From an uncultured Flavobacteriales bacterium (GTDB lineage Bacteria > Bacteroidota > Bacteroidia > Flavobacteriales_D > Sanyastnellaceae), in NCBI GenBank assembly GCA_965661765.1, contig CBFIFE010000008.1:5737-69736 (forward strand): DNA of 64,000 nucleotides, in the 5' to 3' direction. The translations under genes and the position numbers were made by a program. Below the pieces are notes generated by a model. It saw only the letters and a list, made by a program, of their open reading frames with translations. It did not search any database and had not been told where the DNA came from. Of the stretch, positions 53,939 to 62,694 are shown piece by piece (positions within the stretch are counted from its first letter, which is position 1; each line of letters starts with the position of its first letter).

Positions 53939-54721
53939 ATGGTCAAAGTCAAAGTCTTCGACACCACCCGCCTCCAAGGCAAACCCCGCCCAGCGGCTCC
54001 GGCCGAATCCTTCAACCCATCGGATTTCCACAACCTCGTGGCGTCCCGCCGCAGCGTCCGCGTGTACACCGATCGTGCCATCCCAGAGGATGCCGTGCGC
54101 CGCGTGCAGCATTCCGCCTTGCAAGCGGCCACTTCGAGCAACCTGCAGACCACCGAGATTCACTGGGTTCGGAATCCTGAGAAGAAGCAGCAACTCGTCG
54201 CCGCTTGCCTCGGTCAACCCGCCGCAGCGACGGCCAAGGAGTTGTTTGTGGTGGTTGCCCGCCCAGATTTGTGGAAGCGGAACAACGATTGGATGATTGC
54301 CCACTTGAAGGCCACGCCAGATGCCCCCGAGCGGGCCATCCAATACTTCACGAAAATCACACGCTTGGTGTACACCATGGGACCCTTTGGGGTGTTGGGC
54401 CCGTTGAAGCGGATTTGGTTCGCTTTGCGCGGACTCCAGCAACCCACACCGCGAGAGCCAGTGAGCCTAGCCGACATGCGGACATGGGCCCAGAAAACTG
54501 CTGCCTTGGCCGCCGCCCATTTCATGCTGGGCATGCGCGCCGAAGGCTTTGACACGTGCCCGATGGAGGGAATGGACAGCAAGCGGATGCGCCAAATCTT
54601 GGGGCTCCCTCGCCAGGCCTGCATCACAATGGTGCTTTCAGCGGGTGAACGCGCCGAAGGCGGGGTTTACGGCCCGCGTTTCCGCTTTGATGCGGAACAC
54701 TTTTTGAAGGACCATTTCTAG
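53939..54721 (+). CDS. Nitroreductase family protein
   Basis: RRSVRVYTDRAIPEDAV..., GFDTCPMEGMD are typical nitroreductase-fold motifs. Confidence 0.8.
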   Translation: MVKVKVFDTTRLQGKPRPAAPAESFNPSDFHNLVASRRSVRVYTDRAIPEDAVRRVQHSALQAATSSNLQTTEIHWVRNPEKKQQLVAACLGQPAAATAKELFVVVARPDLWKRNNDWMIAHLKATPDAPERAIQYFTKITRLVYTMGPFGVLGPLKRIWFALRGLQQPTPREPVSLADMRTWAQKTAALAAAHFMLGMRAEGFDTCPMEGMDSKRMRQILGLPRQACITMVLSAGERAEGGVYGPRFRFDAEHFLKDHF

Positions 54722-55896
54722 CGTTCGGGCACGAGAATCACGCGGCTCTGCAGCCCGTTGATGCCACGAAAGAGATAGGTACCGACGGGTTCGCCCGATA
54801 GATCGAGGTGAAGCTGGGTTTGGCCTTCTGCCACCACCCCTTGTCGAACCTGTCGCCCGGCCAAATCACACAAAACCCATGGCCCCTGCCAGCCCTTGGG
54901 AAGCACGATGTTCAGCATGCCACGTGTGGGGTTGGGCGAAAGGACAGCTTGCGGGACAGGTGCCTGCGAAACCGAAGATTGCAGGTTGTTGAAGTGGAGG
55001 GTTTGGGTTTGCTCGTACAGGTTGTCTGCCATCATGACAAAGTCACAGGCAATTTCATCGTTCCACCCGGATGCGGGGACCTCGAACACCACTGTGAAGC
55101 GCTCGCCCGGATAGATGGACAACGTGTCAGGGGACCAAGGTTCGACCGGACGACCGTCCGACATCACCACCTCTGCGCCCAGGACCGATGGCAAGGCCAC
55201 ATCAATGCGGGAATAGGCCATGGACCCCAATCTCAAGGCGATCGTTTCGCCTGGGTTGTAGGGCATCTGGGCTTCTGGGGCCTCGAGTTGCGCCCCGTTG
55301 CGCCCATTGATCATGAAGTAGTTGGGCCGGATGTCGTGAAACGGGAAGGCCCCGGGTGGATTGAAGTTCACGGCAAGTTCCAAGTCGCTGAAGAGCAAGG
55401 GAAATGCTGCATCCGGAACGGGGCCACCCTCAAAGAGGGAGCCGTCCGGCCGCTCCACGATGAACATGCCGTACATGCCCATCGTCAAGTGCAAGGTGGT
55501 GGTGACGTGACAATGGTAGAGGTAAGTGCCGGAGTGGTCCGCCAGAAATGCATAGGTCGCACTGGAATCCGTGGGGACGAGAAATGAAGTGGATGGGACA
55601 CCATCATTGGCTTGGTTCACATCGAGGCCATGCCAATGAATGGTGTGAGACTCCGGACTGGGGTTGTCCATTTGAACACGCACAGAATCTCCCTGCATGC
55701 AGCTGAGCAGCGGCGCCGGCAAGGTGATGAATTCGTCCTCGGCCCACCCATAGCCCCAAATCGGAATCTCCCCGCCGCCCGCTGTCAAGTGGACCCCGTC
55801 CATGCCAGTGAAGAGGTGATGCTCCACGAGGGCCTGCGCATCGCTGGCCACGGCACAACAGAGCGCGGCGAAGAACGAAAAGCTGCGTCGAATCAT
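54718..55896 (-). CDS. T9SS type A cargo: multicopper oxidase subunit/domain protein (carries HxHG and HCH...M copper sites)
   Basis: Signal MIRRSFSFFAALCCAVASDAQA (ATG 55896). HTIHWHGLDV, YLYHCHVTTTLHLTMGMYGMF. CTD LSPNPTRGMLNIVL...GTYLFRGINGL. Confidence 0.8.
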   Translation of the reverse strand: MIRRSFSFFAALCCAVASDAQALVEHHLFTGMDGVHLTAGGGEIPIWGYGWAEDEFITLPAPLLSCMQGDSVRVQMDNPSPESHTIHWHGLDVNQANDGVPSTSFLVPTDSSATYAFLADHSGTYLYHCHVTTTLHLTMGMYGMFIVERPDGSLFEGGPVPDAAFPLLFSDLELAVNFNPPGAFPFHDIRPNYFMINGRNGAQLEAPEAQMPYNPGETIALRLGSMAYSRIDVALPSVLGAEVVMSDGRPVEPWSPDTLSIYPGERFTVVFEVPASGWNDEIACDFVMMADNLYEQTQTLHFNNLQSSVSQAPVPQAVLSPNPTRGMLNIVLPKGWQGPWVLCDLAGRQVRQGVVAEGQTQLHLDLSGEPVGTYLFRGINGLQSRVILVPER

Positions 55897-56771
55897 GGCG
55901 TCACGTGAATTTGGGTCAACATGCCACCTGGATAGAGCCCCGCGTTGGTGACCGCGATGAGGTTGTGGTCGTGGACGGGGTAGATGCCGGTTTGGTCTGC
56001 AAACAGGCGGAAAGTGATGCCTTCGCCCACTTTCACAGGCTGGGTATCCTTGGACCAACCCACCCGCTCTGGGTGATGTGTGCTGGACAAAATCTCGACA
56101 TGAAAGCCGTGAAAATGAAGCACATGGTCCATCGCGCCGGCATTGTGCACGCGGATCAAAGCCGAGGCATTCACGGGCAAGGCCACGAGGGCCTCCGGAT
56201 CCTCCAGGGTCTGTGGATGCATGGCTTCGTTGATGGTGAAATAGCGGGGGATGTAGGGGCCAAACCCAGAAGGCGTTCCGCCTGCTGCCACAGAATCCAT
56301 TCGATCGGTGTCCCACTCGGCGAGGTTCCAGTAAAATGTGGGGAGGGTGTCCGACGCTGAGGTCACGGCCAGGAGGCTGCGGCCCCCATGCCATTTGCCG
56401 AGGTCGTCGGTCAGGCCGATGCCATAAGTGCCGGCAGCCAGCGCGGGCCATGCCAACGTCGCGGTTCCCCCAGCTGCCACTTCCACGTTGGCCAACTCCT
56501 CGTCCGCCCACACCGCAGCCACGTGGGCTGCGTCGTCCAAATTGACCAGCACCACTGAGGCGGCCTCATCGGCCGGGCGCTCAACGCGGGCGTTGCGCAG
56601 GGCAAATTCAGAGGAGGCATTCAATCGAATCGCTGGCACTGCCTGCCCTTGAGGCGTCCACGTGTTGGCATTGATCCACAGCGTGTCTTGGGCTCCGGCG
56701 AGGCCGGTGACGAAGACGAGCCCGGTGAGGGCTTTCAAATGCAGTCGTTTATACTTTCGGAGGTTTCGCAT
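55893..56771 (-). CDS. Multicopper oxidase (cupredoxin) domain protein, no T9SS CTD
   Basis: HVLHFHGFHVE and IYPVHDHNL copper-ligand motifs. Signal MRNLRKYKRLHLKALTGLVFVTGLAGAQ. Alternative ATGs at 56801 and 56807. The stop overlaps the next ATG (ATGA). Confidence 0.7.
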   Translation of the reverse strand: MRNLRKYKRLHLKALTGLVFVTGLAGAQDTLWINANTWTPQGQAVPAIRLNASSEFALRNARVERPADEAASVVLVNLDDAAHVAAVWADEELANVEVAAGGTATLAWPALAAGTYGIGLTDDLGKWHGGRSLLAVTSASDTLPTFYWNLAEWDTDRMDSVAAGGTPSGFGPYIPRYFTINEAMHPQTLEDPEALVALPVNASALIRVHNAGAMDHVLHFHGFHVEILSSTHHPERVGWSKDTQPVKVGEGITFRLFADQTGIYPVHDHNLIAVTNAGLYPGGMLTQIHVTP

Positions 56772-58467
56772 CGCCCGACGAAAGTACGTCTTGCGCGCCA
56801 TATGCATCCCGGTGGACGCCGGCAACTGCGCGGCCGGAGGGGTCAACGACGTTTTGGAGGGATTCGCTCCACTCGAGCGCCTTTTCGGTGCTGCACGCCA
56901 CCGACTTGCCGCCTGGGACCGTGGCGGCGCAGGCGCTGCCGGGGAAGTGCTGCTCGAACATGGTCCGGTACCAGTACCCTTCCTTTGTGGCTGGGGGATT
57001 GATGGGGAAGCGGATGGCGGCTCTGGCCAATTCCTCATCGCTGACACGCCGTTCGGCCTCATCTTTCAGGGCGTCGATCCAACCATACCCCACACCATCG
57101 GAGAATTGTTCCTTTTGACGCCACAAGATTTCGTCTGGCAATAGCCCCTCGAAAGCTTCTCGCAAAATGTGTTTTTCGATGCGGCCCTTGCCGCCCATTT
57201 TTGCCTCGGGATCCGTCTGCATGGCATGATGGACAAAAGGAGTGTGCAGGAAGGGCACACGGGCTTCAATGCCCCAAGCCATCATGGATTTGTTCGCGCG
57301 TGCGCAGTCGTATTTGCTGAGGTCGAGCACCTTTCTCACCGTCTCCTCGTGAAATTCCCGGGCATTGGGGGCCATGTGGAAGTACAGGTAGCCGCCAAAC
57401 AGTTCGTCGGCGCCCTCGCCACTCAGCACCATTTTGATGCCGTGAGCCTTGATGGCACGGGCCATGAGGTACATCGGGGTGGAAGCACGGATGGTGGTCA
57501 CGTCGTAGGTTTCGATGTGGCGGATCACCTCCGACAGCGCGTCAAGCCCCTCCTGAATCGTGAAGGTGAGGGGGTGGTGCACCGTTCCTATTCTTTCGGC
57601 CACCTTTCCAGCGGCCGCCACATCGGGGCTGCCTTCAAGGCCGATGCTGAAACTGTGCACACGAGGCCACCACGCTTCTGTGGTCCCGTTGTCCTCCACG
57701 CGGTTTCGTGAAAATTTCATCGCTAAGGCTGCGACGAGTGACGAGTCCAAACCGCCACTGATCAGCAAACCGTAGGGCACATCGCCCATCAGATGGGATC
57801 GCACCGCATCGGTCAAAGCTTCGGCTAGGGCGGTGGGGGAGTGGGGCTGGATTTGGTCTGAAGACATCCAACGCTCGTGCATCCAATCCGCATCAAAATA
57901 CCGCTCTGGTGCAGCCATGTCCGACGCCCAAACCGATCCCGGGGGAAAGGCCTGCAAATCATCCGAGATCCCAGCGAGGCCTTTCATTTCGGACGCCACC
58001 AGCAGCCGACCGGTCGCATCATGGCCGAAATACAGCGGAATGATTCCAATCGGATCGCGCCCGATCAGCCACGAACCATCCCGCGGATCATACAACACGA
58101 AGCCAAACATCCCGTGCAAGTGCGTGACCAAATCCTTCCCATGTTTTCTGTACAGGGCGAGAATCACCTCGCAATCGCTGCCCGTGACAAAGGGGTAATC
58201 GCCACAGGCAGCCCGCAGGTCCTTGTGGTTGTAAATTTCCCCGTTGACGGCAAGGGCCACGCCCGTGTCGGGATCGATGAGCGGTTGAGCGCCACTGGTG
58301 ACATCGACGATGGCGAGCCGCTCGTGGGCAAGAATCGCGTGGTCGTGTTGATAGACCCCACTCCAGTCGGGGCCGCGGTGCCGTTGGGCCTGAGAAATTT
58401 GAAGGGCGAGCGATCGGTCGGCATCTCCGGCCGACGACAATCCGAGCAATGCGGTGATGGAACACAT
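56749..58467 (-). CDS. asnB: Asparagine synthase (glutamine-hydrolysing)
   Basis: N-terminal nucleophile MC(S)ITALLG, RGPDWSG, SGGLDSS PP-loop, 572 aa. Confidence 0.95.
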   Translation of the reverse strand: MCSITALLGLSSAGDADRSLALQISQAQRHRGPDWSGVYQHDHAILAHERLAIVDVTSGAQPLIDPDTGVALAVNGEIYNHKDLRAACGDYPFVTGSDCEVILALYRKHGKDLVTHLHGMFGFVLYDPRDGSWLIGRDPIGIIPLYFGHDATGRLLVASEMKGLAGISDDLQAFPPGSVWASDMAAPERYFDADWMHERWMSSDQIQPHSPTALAEALTDAVRSHLMGDVPYGLLISGGLDSSLVAALAMKFSRNRVEDNGTTEAWWPRVHSFSIGLEGSPDVAAAGKVAERIGTVHHPLTFTIQEGLDALSEVIRHIETYDVTTIRASTPMYLMARAIKAHGIKMVLSGEGADELFGGYLYFHMAPNAREFHEETVRKVLDLSKYDCARANKSMMAWGIEARVPFLHTPFVHHAMQTDPEAKMGGKGRIEKHILREAFEGLLPDEILWRQKEQFSDGVGYGWIDALKDEAERRVSDEELARAAIRFPINPPATKEGYWYRTMFEQHFPGSACAATVPGGKSVACSTEKALEWSESLQNVVDPSGRAVAGVHRDAYGAQDVLSSGDAKPPKV

Positions 58468-58562
58468 GGTCGTGGGATACGAAGTTGCGGCCTCAGAGGT
58501 TGCGGCTCACGAGCGGTTTTTGCCCAATTTTTCCCGAACATTGTGCTGCAGAAATTGAAATC

Positions 58563-61448
58563 ATGAAGAAAATCGCTCTCGCCCATGCCTTGGGGCTGCG
58601 TTTGACCACCATTTTGTGTGTCGCCCTCTTGTCCTTTCAGGCCTCCGGCCAAACCCTCCCTTCGCCCGCCCACGTTCCCGGTGAATTGTTGGTGATGCTG
58701 GACAATCCCGCGCGCAATGTGGACAAGGTCCTTGCCGAATTGCAGGCCTTTGGGCAGGTGTCCCTGCTCGATGTGCCCTCTCCCTCGACGGGCATTCTCC
58801 TGTTGGGGGTGGCTTCAGGAACGGAGGCGGTTTGGCTCGATCGTCTTTCAGGCCATGCCAAGCTCCGGGCAGTCCAGCTCAACCACATCGCTCACGAGCG
58901 CGAAACGGTGCCCAACGACCCCAATTTCGGCCAGCAGTGGCATCACGTTCAGTCTGGTGACCACGACATCGACTCTGACCTCGCCTGGGACATCACCACC
59001 GGTGGCGTCGCTGGAAATGGCGCACGCATTGTCGTTGCGGTGCTCGAAGGCGGGGGCTCCAATTACAGCCACCCCGATCTCATCGACAACCACTGGGTCA
59101 ACCTCGCTGAGATTCCGAACAACAACATCGACGACGACAACAACGGATACGTCGACGACTACAACGGCTGGAACCCCGGTTCTGGCGACGACAACATCGC
59201 TGGTGGTGGCCATGGGACCTCGGTGAGTGGCATGATCGGGGCGACAGGCGACAACGGCAATGGCGGTGTTGGGGTCAATTGGGACGTGGACATCATGCAG
59301 ATTGATATGCCAGGCGGGCTGACGGAATCCAACGTCATCAGCTCCTACGAGTACCCCAAGGTGATGCGGGACATTTTCAACGAAACGTCAGGTGAAGCCG
59401 GCGCCTTCGTCGTGGCCACGAACGCCTCTTGGGGCATCGACGCGGCGGATCCATCGGATTTCCCCGTTTGGTGTGCCTACTACGATGCGCTGGGGGCCTC
59501 GGGCATTCTGAACTGCGGCGCCACCACGAACCAAAGCCTCAACGTCGATGTGGCGGGGGACATGCCCACGGCATGCGGATCTGATTACATGCTTTCCATC
59601 ACTGCGACCAACAACAATGACGTTCGCACGTTCTCTGGCTACGGTCAAACCACCGTCGATCTGGGGGCTCCTGGAGACAACGTTTGGTTGACCAGCGGCA
59701 GCAATGGCGGTGGCACCACTTCCGGCACGTCCTTCGCCAGCCCTTGCGTTGCCGGCGCGATTGCTTTGGTGTACAGCGTTCCTTGCGCTGAACTTGCGGC
59801 CCTGGCCCTCGAAAACCCCCAGGGTGCGGCAGACCTCGTTCGTGGCTACATTTTCGACGGTGTCGATCCAGTTGACAACCTCACAACCGAGACCGTAACG
59901 GGCGGTCGCTTGAATGTGTTCAATTCGGTGGAATTGGCCTTGGCCAACTGTGGCCCCATCGAATGTGAGCCCATGTCCTTGGACTCCATCACTGCCGCCT
60001 GCGTTTACGACGAGCAATTGATGGCAGTCAGCATTTCGACTTCATTGAGCGCAAGTTTCAACAACTTCCTTTGCACCCCGGACTCCGTATGCCTGGCCGC
60101 TTCTGGCACGATGGATTATGCGTGTGTCAACCTCGCTGAGGCGGGACTTGACTTGTCGAATGCCTTGAACGGCGACTGGCTGGATTTGGCCTCTAACACG
60201 GCCTATGACGTCTATTTCACCCTCGACAGCACCACTTCAAATGTCTTGACCTTCAGCACCCCAGACTGCGCCTCGCTTGTGCCCGGTTGCACGGATGCGA
60301 ATGCCCTGAATTACAATGCAGAGGCCACCATTGACGACGGCAGCTGTGAGTTCCCTTGCCAAGATGTGGTGATGACCATCACGACAGATTGCTGGCCCGA
60401 GGAGACGGGCTGGAGCATTGTGGCCGCCGACGGCGAAGTCCTCGTTGATGTGCCAGAAGGTGAATACGACGGACAGGATGAGACGATCATTGAGTGGACG
60501 GGGTGTGTGGCGGAGGGCTGCCATGAGTTGATTGTGACGGACGCATACGGTGATGGCATGAATGGAAGCATGTGGGGCGCTTGTGAGGTCGATGGAAACA
60601 TGGTGTTCACGACCCTGGATGGTGCCGTTTTGGCGGCATTGGAAGAGCCCAATTTTGGAGACCAAATCTCGTTCTCCTTCTGCCTCCCAGCGATCCCCGG
60701 TTGCACGGACATGGCGGCGTGCAATTACGATGCCGCAGCGAATGCCAATGACGGATCTTGCATCTCCGTGGGCGATGCCTGCGACGACGGGGATGAAAAC
60801 ACGGTTCTGGACGCCATCCAAGAGGATTGTCTGTGCGCAGGTGTCCTCCCCATCAACGGCTGCACAGACGCCTCCGCCTGCAACTACGCGATGGATGCCA
60901 ACGTCGATGATGGTTCTTGTGTATTCGTGGGCACCGGTGCGATCGAAGGCAACATGACACCGCAAAGCGGCATCCAGGAGACCTATGTCTACAACGGGGC
61001 TACGGCGGGAAATGCCTACAGCTGGTCCGTCAATGGCGGTGAAATCTTGACGGAGTCTTTCGGCGTGGATGTGACAAGCGTGGACATCTTGTGGTCGGCT
61101 TCCGGATTTGGGAGTGTGGCTGTGAATGAGACGGATGCGAGCTTCCAATTCTGCGAGGAAATCGTCTCCGTTACAGTGAATGTGTTGGTCAACAACATCG
61201 AAGAGTGGACCGCGGCAGGGGTCTCTGTATTCCCCAACCCGGCCTCTTCAGACCTCAATCTTCATTGGCCTTCCGCCACCGGTGAGGCCGAATTCCGTCT
61301 CTTTGACAGCACCGGCCGCGAGGTGCGACAAGGGCGGTTGGCAGGCGAAACGATGGTTTGGGATGTCAGCGATTTGGCTCGGGGTGTATATTCCTTGATG
61401 CTCCGTTCAGAGGGGCTTCAGTTGTCCACGACAATCGTGCTCCGTTAA
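58563..61448 (+). CDS. T9SS type A cargo: S8 (subtilisin-family) peptidase with Cys-rich accessory modules
   Basis: Signal MKKIALAHALGLRLTTILCVALLSFQASGQ. Catalytic blocks VAVLEGG (Asp region), HGTSVSGMIGA, GTSFASPCVAGAIAL. Three CTD..A.NY...A..DDGSC modules. CTD VFPNPASSDLNLHW...GVYSLMLRS. Confidence 0.9.
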   Translation: MKKIALAHALGLRLTTILCVALLSFQASGQTLPSPAHVPGELLVMLDNPARNVDKVLAELQAFGQVSLLDVPSPSTGILLLGVASGTEAVWLDRLSGHAKLRAVQLNHIAHERETVPNDPNFGQQWHHVQSGDHDIDSDLAWDITTGGVAGNGARIVVAVLEGGGSNYSHPDLIDNHWVNLAEIPNNNIDDDNNGYVDDYNGWNPGSGDDNIAGGGHGTSVSGMIGATGDNGNGGVGVNWDVDIMQIDMPGGLTESNVISSYEYPKVMRDIFNETSGEAGAFVVATNASWGIDAADPSDFPVWCAYYDALGASGILNCGATTNQSLNVDVAGDMPTACGSDYMLSITATNNNDVRTFSGYGQTTVDLGAPGDNVWLTSGSNGGGTTSGTSFASPCVAGAIALVYSVPCAELAALALENPQGAADLVRGYIFDGVDPVDNLTTETVTGGRLNVFNSVELALANCGPIECEPMSLDSITAACVYDEQLMAVSISTSLSASFNNFLCTPDSVCLAASGTMDYACVNLAEAGLDLSNALNGDWLDLASNTAYDVYFTLDSTTSNVLTFSTPDCASLVPGCTDANALNYNAEATIDDGSCEFPCQDVVMTITTDCWPEETGWSIVAADGEVLVDVPEGEYDGQDETIIEWTGCVAEGCHELIVTDAYGDGMNGSMWGACEVDGNMVFTTLDGAVLAALEEPNFGDQISFSFCLPAIPGCTDMAACNYDAAANANDGSCISVGDACDDGDENTVLDAIQEDCLCAGVLPINGCTDASACNYAMDANVDDGSCVFVGTGAIEGNMTPQSGIQETYVYNGATAGNAYSWSVNGGEILTESFGVDVTSVDILWSASGFGSVAVNETDASFQFCEEIVSVTVNVLVNNIEEWTAAGVSVFPNPASSDLNLHWPSATGEAEFRLFDSTGREVRQGRLAGETMVWDVSDLARGVYSLMLRSEGLQLSTTIVLR

Positions 61449-61587
61449 GAGGGGGGCGCTCGGCTTCGCCTCGCTTGGGGTCGCGCCATCGGCGCTCGGG
61501 GGGCAAAAGGTTGTCGGTACAGAACAAAAATTCCGGCTTCGCCTCGACAAATCCGGACCTTCATGGTCGTTGTGAATCGTTCAAGAT

Positions 61588-61752
61588 CCTTGGTTCCCTT
61601 GGTTCCCTGGTCACCCTGGTTCCCTAGTCCCCTTGGTTCCCTGGTCCCCTTGGTTCCCTAGTCCCCTTGGTTCCCTGGTCCCCCTGGTTCCCTAGTCCCC
61701 TTGGTTCCCTAGTCCCCCTGGTCACCCTGGTCACCCTAGTCCCCCTAGTTCC
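61588..61752. repeat. C3-tract/CT(A/G)G 8-9-nt tandem array 4 (19 units, 6 CTAG)
   Basis: CCTTGGTTC / CCCTGGTCA / CCCTAGTCC units with a higher-order period of about 34 nt. The last unit, CCCCCTAGTTCC, supplies the stop of the minus-strand gene (61745-61747). Confidence 0.9.
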
Positions 61753-62614
61753 ATTGGTTCAAATCGATTTCGAAAACGTTGCCATTGTGGTGGACCTCGG
61801 CGATTGCATCGCACTCCCCGGAGCCAAAATCGATGACCACATTGTGCATCGGGCGATTGATGGTGATGGTACCTGCCACCAGGTAGCCGCATTCACCGTT
61901 CCAAGTCAGCCCCTCGACGATGCGCGATGTGCCATTGCCCTGTGGGCCCGTCCACGTCGCTTGAAAGTTGCGGACCCAAATGTCATCGCTGCAATCCATG
62001 GGCGTGCCATGCCCTGCGACCCAATCCCTCGTACCGCCTCCTGACTGGACAACGCTGCCCCAACCGTGCGAGAAAGTCATGTTGTGGGCCGTTTGGAACG
62101 TGGGTTGGCCGTTTGCATCGACTTCGGCAACGGAACGCGAACGTGTGCCATTGATCGTGCGGTTGCCGCGTTGCAGGTTCGAGTGGGTCACCGAGCGGCT
62201 GTCCCCGATGGCCAAAATGGAGTCGCCGCCCAAGATTTCGATCGTCATTGCGCCACCCAGGGCTTGACCTGAAGGGCCCGTACACCCATCGGCGAACGCG
62301 ATGTGGATGGTGCGTGGGTCCGAGTCGGATCCGGAGTCGGTCACTTCGGCGCAGGCGGGCCATGCCCAATCGTTGTTGGGCGCGCCAAATGGGTTGAAGG
62401 GGCCTTCGAAACAACCGTTCGGGTGAATGCTTCGGACCTCCAGGACCTCGCTGAGCTCCTCGGAGGCCAGCGCCTGCATCTCTCGCTCGACACGGGTTTC
62501 GGCAATTGCCGAGGCGCTTTCGTCGTTTTCGGTGTTTTGATTGCAGCTGGTGAACGCGGCGGTGCCGAGAAGGAGGATGGCCCAAGTGCGGGCCGGGGCA
62601 TTGAAAATAGTCAT
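61745..62614 (-). CDS. Hypothetical lipoprotein
   Basis: Lipobox LLLGTAAFTSC. No family recognised. No competing ORF with coding-like composition. Confidence 0.55.
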   Translation of the reverse strand: MTIFNAPARTWAILLLGTAAFTSCNQNTENDESASAIAETRVEREMQALASEELSEVLEVRSIHPNGCFEGPFNPFGAPNNDWAWPACAEVTDSGSDSDPRTIHIAFADGCTGPSGQALGGAMTIEILGGDSILAIGDSRSVTHSNLQRGNRTINGTRSRSVAEVDANGQPTFQTAHNMTFSHGWGSVVQSGGGTRDWVAGHGTPMDCSDDIWVRNFQATWTGPQGNGTSRIVEGLTWNGECGYLVAGTITINRPMHNVVIDFGSGECDAIAEVHHNGNVFEIDLNQWN

Positions 62615-62694
62615 GCTGATGAATTTTTTTGAATCAGCAGGTTGACGCGTCCGCAGACCAGGCGTTTAATTCCTGAGGCCCGGGAGGAGGGGAT

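Noticed and set aside
53162-54442. 426-aa minus-strand ORF and 262-aa + strand ORF (53508..54296) reading through CTAG array 3 (translations RGTRGTRDTRETRGTRE and LVPLVSLVSLVPLVPLVP)
   Set aside because: They overlap deoA and the nitroreductase gene in other frames. The repeat-encoded peptide is simply the 9-nt array read in an open frame.
54718-56511. Full 597-aa version of the minus-strand ORF
   Set aside because: The upstream 205 aa are Arg/Pro/Gly-rich and overlap the better-supported cupredoxin gene (55893-56771) in another frame. The ATG at 55896 gives a signal peptide and an ATGA junction.
61667-62044. 125-aa + strand ORF starting in array 4 (MVPWSPWFPSPLGSLVPLVTLVTLVPLVPLV...)
   Set aside because: The N-terminus is the translated repeat array, and the remainder is antisense to the better-supported lipoprotein gene at 61745-62614.
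62614-62639. 7-bp stem (TGCTGAT/ATCAGCA) with an A/T-rich loop abutting the start codon of the 61745-62614 lipoprotein gene
   Set aside because: The stem is short and the loop is 12 nt. It could be a translational hairpin or the plsC terminator, but the evidence is insufficient to call either.
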